Shown here piece after piece: positions 1-10,374 of a DNA stretch of 64,000 nucleotides (within the stretch, counting starts at the first letter, position 1; every line of letters starts with the position of its first letter). The notes beneath the pieces are model-generated. The model did not search any database, was not told the origin of the DNA, and was given only the letters and a program-made list of their open reading frames with translations. The translations under genes and the position numbers were made by a program. Source of the stretch: an uncultured Acidobacteriota bacterium (GTDB taxonomy: Bacteria; Acidobacteriota; JAQAZP01); assembly GCA_963836075.1 (NCBI GenBank), contig CAWIIB010000001.1, forward strand, positions 1,760,001 to 1,824,000, written 5' to 3'.

Positions 1-1
1 G

Positions 2-289
2 CAGCTGCGCAGCGCGAGGACCGAAGCCATACGACGCTACCTGGATGGCGACATGACCTCGACCGAGGCCATGGACTGGCTGCAGCGCTACGCCCTGCTG
101 GCCCGGGACCGGGCCGAACGGTACCTGCAGTTCGCCGACAAGTACCGCAGCTATGTCGCGACCTACGACGTGGGCCTGACGCTGGTCAGGGGCTACATCG
201 AGCGCGAGGCCGGCGACGACGTGGAGCGTCGCTGGCAGCTGATGCGCGACCTGTACGCTGTCCCCCACCTGCCGGAGGATCTGGAATAA
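2..289 (+). CDS. 3' end of a conserved hypothetical protein (5' truncated by window edge)
   Basis: The frame of ORF 53..289 is open back to position 2. The tail (EAIRRYLDG...DKYRSYVATYDVG) resembles the C-terminus of a conserved hypothetical family (from memory). Confidence 0.6.
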   Translation, partial: QLRSARTEAIRRYLDGDMTSTEAMDWLQRYALLARDRAERYLQFADKYRSYVATYDVGLTLVRGYIEREAGDDVERRWQLMRDLYAVPHLPEDLE

Positions 290-524
290 GCCTTGAATCC
301 CCTCCCCGGTCCGATCGACTGCTGCTGAACATCATTCCCTATCACGCCGATCAGATGATTCCGAACTCATTCCCTGAACCTTTAATCAATCCCTAAATAA
401 ATCTCTCGAAAATCTCCACCTGGTTCGTTACTACCAGCATCAACCCGGAGACTCTTCCGGGCTGCAGACAACACAAACATAGATTCACAACTGAATTGAT
501 CGAACATCTTGAGAGGAGATCCCC

Positions 525-2981
525 ATGTCCATTCGACTGTCGATCATTTACGCAGCCATCATCATGACACTGATCTGTGCCCTGCCGGCAACAGCCCAGT
601 GGTCCGATGACCCCACCGTAAACACCCCGGTCTGCACGGCCTCAGGAGAGCAGGGATATCCTCGGTCAGTGAGTGACGGCGCCGGAGGAACCATAGTCGT
701 CTGGATCGATTATCGCTCCGGGCTACAAGTCTATGCCCAGCGGTTGGACCATATGGGTAAACCGCTCTGGGCTCCCGATGGGATTGCGATCAACACCGAT
801 GGATCACTGGCAACCATTGCCAGTCCGTTGAGCGATGGAAACGGCGGAATGATCGTCACCTGGTGCAGCAACTACAACCCTTCCCATGGCTATGACCTGA
901 GAGTCCAGCGGGTGGACGGCTCGGGGTACAAACTCTGGACCGCCAGCGGTGTGGGGATCTGTGGAAGCTGTGGAGGACAAATCGACATTGTGGGTGACGG
1001 CCTGGGCGGCGCCATCCTCGCCTGGTCGGACCAACGCGATGACGGCACCAGCGGGCACGATATCTACACCCAGCGGCTGGATGCTTCGGGCAACACCCTC
1101 TGGACCACCGACGGCCTTAGCATCTGCACCGAAAACGGCGACCAGCTCCGCCCGAAGCTTGTCAACGACGGAACGGGAGGAGCGATCTTCACCTGGATAG
1201 ACGGTCGGTCTGCTGAATACGATATATATGCCCAGCGGGTCGATGCATCGGCCACCGTTCGATGGACCTTGAACGGAGTGGAAATCAGCGGTGATCCGGA
1301 TGTCCAGGTTTCCCCCATGATCGTCAGTGACGACAACAATGGCGCGATCATCAGCTGGGCCGACGGCAGCGCCGGCGGTTTCTATGGCTATTTTTTCGTT
1401 GCCCAACGGGTAAACAGTTCGGGCAGCCTGCTCTGGGGCACAGGAGGCGTTACCTTCAGCGATGTTATCGAGTCCTACTCTTACCCCTTTGACTCCCTGT
1501 TCGAAATGGTGCCTGACGGAGTGGGCGGTGCCTTGATCGCCTGGCACCAGCAAACACCCACATCGGATTTCTACGACGTCTATGCCCAAAGGCTTAACGG
1601 TTCCGGAAGCGAACTGTGGGCCAGTGGCGGACAGGTCATTTGTGCCAAACCAAACTTCCAGATTCATCCCAGGATTGTCTCCGACGGTGCTGGTGGGGCT
1701 ATCGTCTCCTGGCACGATAGCCGCACCTACTCTTATGACATCTACGCCCAGCACATAGACGCGACCGGCAGCATGCTCTGGACGACGGATGGCGAGGCCA
1801 TCTGTTCGGCTCCCCAGGGCCAACAGTACCCTGATATGGTCAGCGACTCATCGGGAGGTGCGATCATCGTCTGGCACGATAGCCGCGCAGGCGTGATCGA
1901 CGAACACGATCTCTACGCACAGCGCATTACCGCCGAAGGATGCCTGGGCCGTCAGGGTCCCTTCATCACCATGGCGGATGATGTTCCCGGCGACCAGGGC
2001 GGCATGGTGGATCTGAGCTGGACCCCCAGTTGCCTGGACGTATCACCCCGGCTCGATGTGACCCACTACTCGGTCTGGAGGCGGATTCCCGATGAGGCGA
2101 CCAGCCCTCGGAGCGATGAAGAGCGGTCCGGCTGGTCCTGGGTGACCGAAGTGACCGCCGGCTACCTTGATGACTATTCCGTTACCGTTCCGGCCTATGG
2201 GATCTACATCGGTACCGGGGACATCCCCTGGACCGACTACATGGTGGTGGCCCACACCGACGACCAGTGGGTCTACTGGGAATCGGCCGTGATCAGCGGA
2301 TACTCGATCGATAACCTGGCACCCGGAGCGCCGCTCGCTCTGACCGGCACAGCATGCGGAACGGATATCCGGCTGACCTGGTCCGCCTCCGGACAACACG
2401 ATGAGGATTTGGCCTGCTACCTGGTCTACCGCAACGACACGCCGGGCTTCGAACCCGACGAATCGATGCTGATCGGAACGGCTGACATCACATCCTACAC
2501 CGATTCACCTCCCGGCGCCGGCACCTGGCATTACCGGGTGACCGGGCGAGACGTCAACGGTAACGAGGGGCCGCCATCGGAGGAGGTCTCGACCGTTACA
2601 TCCCCGTTGTCAAAGGTTTCCGCCACGCTGACCTGTACGCCGACTTCGGGCATTGTTCCGTTCAGCAGCACCATGTCGGCACGCCTGGACAACCTCGACC
2701 AGCAACGTCCAGCCACCAGGATCGCCGGCCGGGTCGACGTTCAGTTGGCCAATGGCAGCAGCTGCAGTGGTTGGCGACAGGGGTGGACAAACGTGATTCG
2801 CGGCAGCCACCACAGCGTGACCTGGCTGATATCGTTCCCCCTCAGCAGTGCTGTGGTCGGGGAAAACGTCTTCATCCTCTCCGCCGCCGATACCACACCG
2901 GCACCATACAACCAGCCGCCGTTTTCCCCATCGGGCGGCACGGCAGCCGACAGCTGCACGGTGATCGCCGATGCGCCATGA
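525..2981 (+). CDS. Secreted protein: 8 'DGxGGAIxxW...DIYAQR' repeats (probable beta-propeller) + DVPGDQGG domain + FN3-like domain + PYNQPP C-terminal domain
   Basis: AGGAG RBS, Sec-type signal peptide (..ALPATA|QW), eight ~55-aa repeats, FN3-like segment (LTWSAS...YLVYR...WHYRVTGRDVNGNEG), C-terminal domain at 2613..2981. Confidence 0.9.
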   Translation: MSIRLSIIYAAIIMTLICALPATAQWSDDPTVNTPVCTASGEQGYPRSVSDGAGGTIVVWIDYRSGLQVYAQRLDHMGKPLWAPDGIAINTDGSLATIASPLSDGNGGMIVTWCSNYNPSHGYDLRVQRVDGSGYKLWTASGVGICGSCGGQIDIVGDGLGGAILAWSDQRDDGTSGHDIYTQRLDASGNTLWTTDGLSICTENGDQLRPKLVNDGTGGAIFTWIDGRSAEYDIYAQRVDASATVRWTLNGVEISGDPDVQVSPMIVSDDNNGAIISWADGSAGGFYGYFFVAQRVNSSGSLLWGTGGVTFSDVIESYSYPFDSLFEMVPDGVGGALIAWHQQTPTSDFYDVYAQRLNGSGSELWASGGQVICAKPNFQIHPRIVSDGAGGAIVSWHDSRTYSYDIYAQHIDATGSMLWTTDGEAICSAPQGQQYPDMVSDSSGGAIIVWHDSRAGVIDEHDLYAQRITAEGCLGRQGPFITMADDVPGDQGGMVDLSWTPSCLDVSPRLDVTHYSVWRRIPDEATSPRSDEERSGWSWVTEVTAGYLDDYSVTVPAYGIYIGTGDIPWTDYMVVAHTDDQWVYWESAVISGYSIDNLAPGAPLALTGTACGTDIRLTWSASGQHDEDLACYLVYRNDTPGFEPDESMLIGTADITSYTDSPPGAGTWHYRVTGRDVNGNEGPPSEEVSTVTSPLSKVSATLTCTPTSGIVPFSSTMSARLDNLDQQRPATRIAGRVDVQLANGSSCSGWRQGWTNVIRGSHHSVTWLISFPLSSAVVGENVFILSAADTTPAPYNQPPFSPSGGTAADSCTVIADAP

Positions 2982-3060
2982 ACAAATCGGGCCATCAGCC
3001 CCACCAGGCATACGGAGGCACCAGGTGAAAACGCAACGGATCAGGAAGAGAGGCCGAGCG

Positions 3061-6000
3061 ATGAAATCACAAAGGTTGATCTTACTCTCCCTCGTGACGA
3101 TGGGCATGCTGTGGGGCCTGCCCGCAACGGCGGACTGGTCGGTGGACACCACCGAGAACAATCCGGTCTGCACGGCGATGGGCTATCAGGATGATCCCGA
3201 GCTGGTGAGTGACGGGGCCGGCGGGGCGATCATTGTCTGGATTGATCAACGCACATATTCGACAACGGAATATGACATTTATGTCCAACGACTGGATGCC
3301 TCGGGCATTCCGCTCTGGACTGCTCAAGGAGCAGCTGTTTGCACATTTGCCGCCAGGCAAGCTGATCCCGCTCTGGTGGAAGACGGCTCCGGCGGGGCAA
3401 TCATCGTCTGGAGAGATTCCCGGTCGGGGTCGTACGACATCTACGCTCAGCGGGTGGACGCCGCGGGGAACATGCTCTGGACCACGGACGGCGTGGCATT
3501 GTGCTCGGCGGCCAACAACCAGCAATACCCGGAACTCACGAGCGACGGCGCCGGCGGGGCGATCGTCGTCTGGCACGATTACAGTTCGGGCGCCGACTAC
3601 GAAGTCTACGCCCAGCGGGTGGATGCCTCGGGCTCCATCCTCTGGGGTGCTGACGGCACCCTTGTCTGTACGGCGGCCAACTCCCAGTGGCGGCCCCGTC
3701 TGGCCAGCGACGGCGCGGGCGGGGCGATCATCGCCTGGTATGACTGGCGTAACGGTGTCGCCGCAAATGACATCTACGCCCAACGGATGGACGCATCGGG
3801 AAATCCACTCTGGACCACAGGCGGCGTGGCGATCTGCACCGCAAGCAGCACCCAGGACTACCCGTGGGTCGTGAGCGACGGTTTTGGCGGGGCGATCATC
3901 ACCTGGGAAGACCACCGCTTCGGTACCGAGGACATCTATGCCCAGCGGGTGGACGCCTCGGGCACTGTACTATGGACCACGAACGGATCTTCACTGTGCT
4001 CCGCGGCAGGTGACCAGAAACTCGCAAAACTGGTGGCTGACGGCAGCGGAGGGGCGATCATCACCTGGGAGGACGAACGCACGGGAGAAAAGGACATATA
4101 TGCCCGGAGGATCAATTCCACCGGCATCCTGCTTTGGGGGACCGACGGGATAGCCGTTTGTGCCGCCACGGGTGATCAATCCGCCCCCCGTCTGGTCAAC
4201 GACGGTTCGGGCGGGGTCATAATTACCTGGCAGGATTCACGGCCCGACAACGCCAGTCACATCTATGCCCAGCGGCTGAACGGATCGGGCAACGCTCGCT
4301 GGGCCATCGATGGCGTGGCGGTCTGCTCGGCGCCATCATACCGCTGGGTCCCGTATCCGATCAGCAATGGTTTGGGCGGCGCGATCATCGCCTGGGCAGA
4401 TGGACGGAACATTCCCCTGACAAAAGATGACATCTATGCCCAGCGAATCGGCCCGCACGGCTATCCGGGCGGAGACCACAGCCCGACGGTCACCGAAGTG
4501 ATCGACTACCCCGACGACCAGGGCGGGACGGTGGTGCTCAGTTGGTCGCCATGCGACCTGGACCAGGCGCCCCAGCAAGTGGTGACCCATTACGCGGTCT
4601 CCCGGCGGCAATCTCCGTCCTCGGCCTGGGAACAGGTGGAGGAGGTCACCGCCCTGTACCTGGGATGAGTACGCCAGCAATCCCCCGACCTATGAGATCT
4701 ACGGCGGCGGTGGAGAGATCCCCTGGACCGAATACAAGGTGGTGGCCCACACCATCGACCCGCTGGTCTTCTGGGAGTCGGCAGTGGTCAGCGGTTACTC
4801 GGTGGACAACCTCTTCCCCGGCGCCCCGCTGAACCTGGCGGCAACGACCTCGGGCACTGACGTCCTGCTCACCTGGTCGGCCTCCGGCCATCACGACGAA
4901 GACCTGGCGTTCTACCGGGTCTACCGCAGCGATGTCCAGGGCTCTGCGCCCAGCCTGGCCAACCAGATCGGGACGTCAGCCTCCACCGGCTACACCGACC
5001 CGGCTCCCGGCAACGGCACCTGGTACTACCTGGTGACCGGCGAGGACATCAACGGGAACGAGGGCCTGCCGTCCAATGAGGCATCCGCCACCACGGGATC
5101 CTCCGGCATGTTCACCAGTCCGGTGGACTACCCCGCAGGCAACGGCTCCCGTTGCGTGGCCATCGGCGACCTTGATGACGACGGGGTCAACGACCTGGCC
5201 GTGGCGAACTATTCCAGCAATGAATTATCCGTGCTTCTTGGCCTTGGAGACGGCACATTTTCCGCAGCAACCGGAGCCTCCGTGGGTTCCTCCCCGGTGA
5301 CGGTGGCGATCAGCGACCTGGACACCGATGGGGTGCTCGACCTGGTATCGGCAAACCTGGGGGATGATTCGGTGGCGGTGCTGCTGGGCAATGGCGACGG
5401 TTCGTTTGCCGCGGCCCAGTTCTTCCCCACAGCGGTTGCACCCTATTCCGTGGCGATCACCGACCTGAACGGCGACACTTTCCCGGATGTCTCGGTGGCG
5501 AACTCCGGCAGCAACAGCGTCTCGGTGCTCCTGGGGACCGGCGACGGGACACTGGCCTCCGCTGTTTCCTACCCCGTGGGCACGGAACCATTGGATATGG
5601 CCGCCGACGATCTTGATGGCGACACGGTTCCCGACCTGGCCGTGACGAACAAAATGAACAACAGCGTGTCGGTCCTGCTGGGCCTCGGCGACGGAACCTT
5701 TGCGGCCGCGGTGGACTACGCCGCCGGGACCAGACCTCATGGTCTGGCGATCGGCGACATGGACGGTGACACAATCCCCGACCTGGTAACGGCGAACAGC
5801 GGCTCGGACACCGTTTCAGGTACTGCCCGGTCTCGGTGACGGGACCTTTGCCGCCGCGGATCACTATGCGGTCGGCGCGTTTCCCACTTCGGTCAGAATC
5901 GTTGATCTGAACGGGGACGCGCTGCCCGACTTGGCCGTGACCAACTTCAATGCCGACACCATTACCATACTGACGGGAACCGGTAATGGCAGCCTGGCTG

Positions 6001-6518
6001 ACGATGCCCACTACGCCGTCGGTGATGAACCCGCCTGGGTGGCGAGCGGCGCTCTGGACGACAATGACTCGCCTGACCTGGCCGTGGCGAACAACGGTGA
6101 CGGGGATATCTCGGTGCTGCTCAACCTGAACATTTTCCCGCCACCATCAACCATCTCCGCGTCATTCACCTGCACCCCCTCCGCGGGCACGGTGCCCTTC
6201 AGCACCGCCATGTCGGCGCAGATGGCCAACCTTGAACCGACCCGACCGGCCACGCGGGTAGCCGCACGGATCGATGTCCAGCTGGCCAACGGCACCAGCT
6301 ACGGCAACTGGCGGCGGGGCTGGACCAATGTGAGTCAGGGCAGCCAGTACAACATAAACTGGGTTCAGCCGATCCCGGCGGTGGGCACGGTAATCGGAGA
6401 CAACATCTTCACGCTGACCGCGGAGGACATCACGCCCTCACCATACAACCAGCCGCCCTATCCCCCGGCCGGGGGTACGGCGACGGACGGTTGTATCGTG
6501 AGTGCCAGTGCGCCGTGA
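3061..6518 (+). CDS. Secreted paralog of 525..2981 with an added 7-repeat FG-GAP region and a PYNQPP C-terminal domain; interrupted by two +1 frameshifts (about 1151 aa corrected)
   Basis: ORFs 2971..4668, 4739..5839 and 5931..6518 join after removing one G at 4662-4664 (restores YLDEYASNPPTYEIY, colinear with the paralog) and one G at 5819-5820 (restores DTVSVLPGLGDGTF). Signal peptide starts at ATG 3061. Confidence 0.85.
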
Positions 6519-6576
6519 GGACTCCGGCGGCATGAAGCTTTTATTCTGACGACCCGAGGGCCCAGGGCGGGGGGCG

Positions 6577-6768
6577 CTACACCGATTGTTCTTTATCCGG
6601 AAGCCTGTAGGAACCGTCCAGGCGCCGGCACATCCGGTGGTAGCGCTCCTCCAGGTCCTGTAGCGCGTCGCGGTGCTCCTGCCGGTCGATCTCCCCGTCA
6701 TGCAGTTTCTTATCCAGCAATGCCTGGTGGTTCTCCAGCCAGCGGTCCGGGTCAAAATTGTAGGTAAT
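6577..6768 (-). CDS. Small hypothetical protein (63 aa, xTYNFDPDRW...), apparent ATT start
   Basis: Coding-like, helical 3' part of ORF 6577..6927. AGGA lies 8 nt upstream of the ATT at 6768-6766. Confidence 0.5.
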   Translation of the reverse strand: MTYNFDPDRWLENHQALLDKKLHDGEIDRQEHRDALQDLEERYHRMCRRLDGSYRLPDKEQSV

Positions 6769-7064
6769 CGGCCTGATCCTCGAGTCGTAGCGCCACCTGC
6801 GGGGGATTACAATTGTCACGACGTGGATACGAAATCGGTACTGAGTCTCGCGATGCCTCCCGATATCCCGAAATGATCTCCTCTGGCCATCATCATTATG
6901 ACATCGGGAGAGACACAATAAAAACAACGGTCTTGCCTTAGGCTAACTCCATATCTATCAACAAATTGGACGATGGCATCCTGTTTGCACTTCCTCAAGA
7001 TCGACACGGACAGCATGCAAAATCCAGAACGGTTTCATGGATGTCGTGTGAGGAGGTGCCCGAG

Positions 7065-8303
7065 ATGAAACGTATCGTCTTCCTGTCAATTGCCGTAATG
7101 ATGTTTTCGGGAATGATGGCCATTGCTGAACCGCAATATGAAATGGATATTTTCGCCCGCCTCGGCAGCGGGACATCGGAAATGTCCGTGACCAGGGGCG
7201 ACCCGGTGCAGATCGACGCCACCTTCACCAACCTCGGTGATCCGGTAACCGCCCGTCTGTTCCTGGAGATCTTCGATCCCGATGGGACCCGGGTCAGATC
7301 AAAACGGGTGGTGCGGCCTTTCACGGTGGACCGGCCCGTGCTGGCCATGCCGCAGCTGTCGCTGGGAACCGGCGGCGCCAGGATCGGTGTCTATTCCATC
7401 GTTTTTCATGCCGAGGCGGTGGACCAGCCGGGAGTCCCCATCTCCAATACCAGCACGCTGCTCATCGATGTGCGGGAAGCCGGTTCAGCCTTCATCGGGT
7501 TCATGGGATATGCCAGTATGGAAAACCTGTCTGTGGTGCAGAACCTCGGAGCGGATGCCGTCGCCTGGGGCACGTCGATCCACGCCTCCCAGATCGAGTC
7601 GCTGGTCGAAGACGTCCTGGCCTATGACCTGGGTATGGCGACGCGGGCACCGGGGCGGGTATCCATGCAGGACAGCGTAACTCACCAGCTCGATTTCGTG
7701 GCGATCCAGAACCAGCTCGAAAACACTTTCGCGGGCAACGATGTGGCTGGTGACACAATGTTCCACTACATGATCGACGAGTTCTGCCATCCGGAGAAAT
7801 GGGACATTCCAGCCCAGGACCTCGCCGACCTGCACTCCCTGGCCAAATCGATCGATCCGAGAATCAACATCTTCCACAACTCCGGGCACCTGGGCTGCTT
7901 CAAGGCAAAGATGGATGAGGCCGCTCCGGACTACCCGGTCCTGATGGACTACGTGGGCTTTACCGTGACGCCGCACAAACTCAGCGATCCCGGCTACCTG
8001 CCGCTGATCGATTCCATCGCCGGGGAGATCAAGGCGATCTACGGCGATCAAACCCAGGTCATCGCCCTCTATGCTGTCTGCGACAGTCCGGACCGCTGGA
8101 CCATGCCCACACCTGAAGAGCTGATCGAGGGCGTCAACCAGGTGCTGGCCATGGAGAACATCCAGGGTATCGGCTTCTACCCCTGGGGCGCACCCTCCTG
8201 GGCCACGGCGGCGGTTGGCGATGTCTGTGAAGACCCGGCCTACATCGATGCGTTCAACCTGATGTTCGACCTGGCCCGGGACCGGTTCGGCGCTGGTGAA
8301 TAA
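7065..8303 (+). CDS. Secreted protein with an N-terminal Ig-like domain and a putative TIM-barrel/glycoside-hydrolase-like domain
   Basis: AGGAGG at 7051-7056, ATG 7065, signal peptide MKRIVFLSIAVMMFSGMMAIA. Alternating beta/alpha pattern with HYMIDE and GIGFYPW motifs. Confidence 0.7.
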   Translation: MKRIVFLSIAVMMFSGMMAIAEPQYEMDIFARLGSGTSEMSVTRGDPVQIDATFTNLGDPVTARLFLEIFDPDGTRVRSKRVVRPFTVDRPVLAMPQLSLGTGGARIGVYSIVFHAEAVDQPGVPISNTSTLLIDVREAGSAFIGFMGYASMENLSVVQNLGADAVAWGTSIHASQIESLVEDVLAYDLGMATRAPGRVSMQDSVTHQLDFVAIQNQLENTFAGNDVAGDTMFHYMIDEFCHPEKWDIPAQDLADLHSLAKSIDPRINIFHNSGHLGCFKAKMDEAAPDYPVLMDYVGFTVTPHKLSDPGYLPLIDSIAGEIKAIYGDQTQVIALYAVCDSPDRWTMPTPEELIEGVNQVLAMENIQGIGFYPWGAPSWATAAVGDVCEDPAYIDAFNLMFDLARDRFGAGE

Positions 8304-8317
8304 CGGGGAGAGACTTC

Positions 8318-8355
8318 AGCAGGGGCCGGGCGGGCATACTCGCCCGGGCCCTGTT
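8318..8355. terminator. GC-rich hairpin between convergent genes
   Basis: AGCAGGGGCCGGGCGGG-CATA-CTCGCCCGGGCCCTGTT between the stop codons at 8303 and 8355. Confidence 0.55.
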
Positions 8356-9374
8356 CACGTCCCCACCCGCAAGACGATCTTGCCCCGGCTTTTTCGTGAC
8401 TCCATCAGGCGGTGCGCCTCGGCGATCTCCTCGAAGGGCATGACGTGGCCCACCACCGGCCGGATGTTCTGCTCGATGACAAAGCCGGTGAGTTCCGTCC
8501 AGGCCGCCCGCACCAGTTCCGGGTCCTTGAGCAGGTAGCCGAGGTGCGAGGCCATGATGCCAAAGGACCGTTCCGACATCTGGACGATGCCGGCTTTGGG
8601 CACGTCGCGCCAGGTGCGATACCAGCTGAGGGGGTTCCACTTCTGCAGATCATAGCCGGCAAAGCCCACCACCAGTACCCGGCCGAATGGGGCGAGCAGG
8701 CGGACGCTCTTGCGGAACACCTCGCCACCCACCACCTCCACAACCACATCCACGCCACGGCCGCCGGTCAAACGGCGGATCTCCTCCTCGAAGTCGGTGC
8801 TGCGGTAGTTCACGGCCCCGGTGATGCCCAGTTCCTCGAGCATGGCCACCTTGTCATCGGCGCCGGCTGTGCCGTAGACCGCACAGCCGAAGCGGCCGGC
8901 CAGCTGCACCGCGGCGGTACCCACCCCGCCGGCGGCGGCCTGGACCAGCACCGAGTCGTCGGGGCGGAGACGGGCCATCCTGTGCAGGGCGACCCAGGCG
9001 GTCATGTAGTTCACGGCAAAGGCGGCGTTCTCCTCGGCGGACCAACCCTGCATCGCCGGCAGGGCCTGGGCCTGGTCCACCACCATCATTTCGGCGTAGG
9101 CGCCGTACTGGGCACCGACGATCACCGGCTGACCCACGCTGCGCCCGGCCCCGGGGCCTGCCGCGACAATCTCGCCAAAAGCTTCCATGCCCGGGATGTA
9201 TGGCAGTTTCGGGGCCCAGCCATAGAGCCCCTTGCGGGAAAGCACTTCGGCGAAGTTGAGGCCGATGGTCTTCACCCGCACTACCACCTGACCCGGCCCC
9301 GGTTCCGGGTCGGGCCGGCTGGAGAGCCTCAGCACCTCCGGACCGCCATGCCGTTTGAGCACCACTGCCCGCAT
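8355..9374 (-). CDS. MDR-family NADPH:quinone oxidoreductase (zeta-crystallin/VAT-1-like)
   Basis: MRAVVLKRHGGPEVL start, GLNFAE, PYIPGME, nucleotide-binding AAAGGVG, C-terminal GKIVL. Confidence 0.9.
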   Translation of the reverse strand: MRAVVLKRHGGPEVLRLSSRPDPEPGPGQVVVRVKTIGLNFAEVLSRKGLYGWAPKLPYIPGMEAFGEIVAAGPGAGRSVGQPVIVGAQYGAYAEMMVVDQAQALPAMQGWSAEENAAFAVNYMTAWVALHRMARLRPDDSVLVQAAAGGVGTAAVQLAGRFGCAVYGTAGADDKVAMLEELGITGAVNYRSTDFEEEIRRLTGGRGVDVVVEVVGGEVFRKSVRLLAPFGRVLVVGFAGYDLQKWNPLSWYRTWRDVPKAGIVQMSERSFGIMASHLGYLLKDPELVRAAWTELTGFVIEQNIRPVVGHVMPFEEIAEAHRLMESRKSRGKIVLRVGT

Positions 9375-9601
9375 CCCTCTGTCTCCTCTCCACATAACAT
9401 TCACAATTCCAATCGGTTAAACGTATCACCGGCAAAAGGACGGCGCAACCTTCCGCTGGTACAGCGCCATGAAAAAACTGATGGATTCGAGGTGGAACTT
9501 ATCCGGAAAGCCAACGTTAATTAGGGTAGGGAACAACAATAAAGGCGGCCGGAACGCCACCGGCACTGAAATCAAAAACATATATACAAGGAGTAATAAA
9601 A

Positions 9602-10264
9602 ATGAAGATAGAAGAAAACGGGCGGCGCAAACGATGGGCCGGCGTGGTGTTCGCCCTGGCTCTGCTGCTGGTGTCAGTTGCGATTCCGGGTTCGGCCCTG
9701 GCAGCCGAACGGGTGGAAGAGATCGTCCTGGAGCGGGGGGCGTCCCCGCTGCAGCTGGAAGTGAAAAACCTCGCCGGCAGCATGCAAGTGCGGGGGTGGG
9801 ACGGCAACACCAGGATCCTGGTCACCTTCCACGCCGAGGACAGCGGCGGCCTCACCGCCGAAGAGATCCTGCAGCTGGTGGGAGCGGAAGCGAAGATGGT
9901 GGGCAACCGCCTGGTGGTCTCCACCACCCTGCCGCTGGAATCGTTCCAGCGCTTCGCCTACCCGGTGCCCATTACGGACAGCGATGCCGGACCGGGGTAC
10001 TTCAACCTGGCCCGGACCAGCGGGTTCAGCGAAGCCCGTTTCGACGGTGAGAAGGTGCAGATCTACGGCGCCCCGCAGTTTGACGCACTCACCGTCTGGG
10101 CCGACTACAAGATCATCGTCCCCGAAGGATCCCAGGTCTCGCTGAAGAACATGGCCGGGGCCCTGCGGGCGGAGAACATGCAGGGCAACATCCTCCTCGA
10201 CGGCTCCCGCGGCCTGGGACAGCCGGACGAGGCCTTTGCCAAGGTGCTGCACGTCACTCCCTGA
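9602..10264 (+). CDS. Exported hypothetical protein, DUF4097/adhesin-like beta-strand repeats
   Basis: AGGAG RBS, signal peptide, repeated 'L.VKNLAGS..V.G' and 'I.VPEGSQVSLKNMAGAL' motifs. Confidence 0.6.
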   Translation: MKIEENGRRKRWAGVVFALALLLVSVAIPGSALAAERVEEIVLERGASPLQLEVKNLAGSMQVRGWDGNTRILVTFHAEDSGGLTAEEILQLVGAEAKMVGNRLVVSTTLPLESFQRFAYPVPITDSDAGPGYFNLARTSGFSEARFDGEKVQIYGAPQFDALTVWADYKIIVPEGSQVSLKNMAGALRAENMQGNILLDGSRGLGQPDEAFAKVLHVTP

Positions 10265-10289
10265 CAGCAAAACAGCAATGGGTAATCAG

Positions 10290-10319
10290 AAGCCCCGGTC
10301 ATTGGCCGGGGCTTTTTTT
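10290..10319 (+). terminator. Rho-independent terminator
   Basis: AAGCCCCGGTC-ATT-GGCCGGGGC followed by a T7 run, downstream of the stop at 10264. Confidence 0.85.
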
Positions 10320-10374
10320 GTGTGATATTCTCGGAGGATCGACGCTTTCCATCACTCTTCCGGGGGATTCAACC

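Noticed and set aside
53-289. 78-aa ORF as a complete small gene
   Set aside because: The frame is open to the window start, so it is the tail of a longer gene.
600-4450. Recurring ATCTA[CT]GCCCAGCGG DNA repeats as a CRISPR array or DGR
   Set aside because: They are the codons of the DIYAQR protein repeat within ORFs. No cas genes, reverse transcriptase or adenine-specific variation are present.
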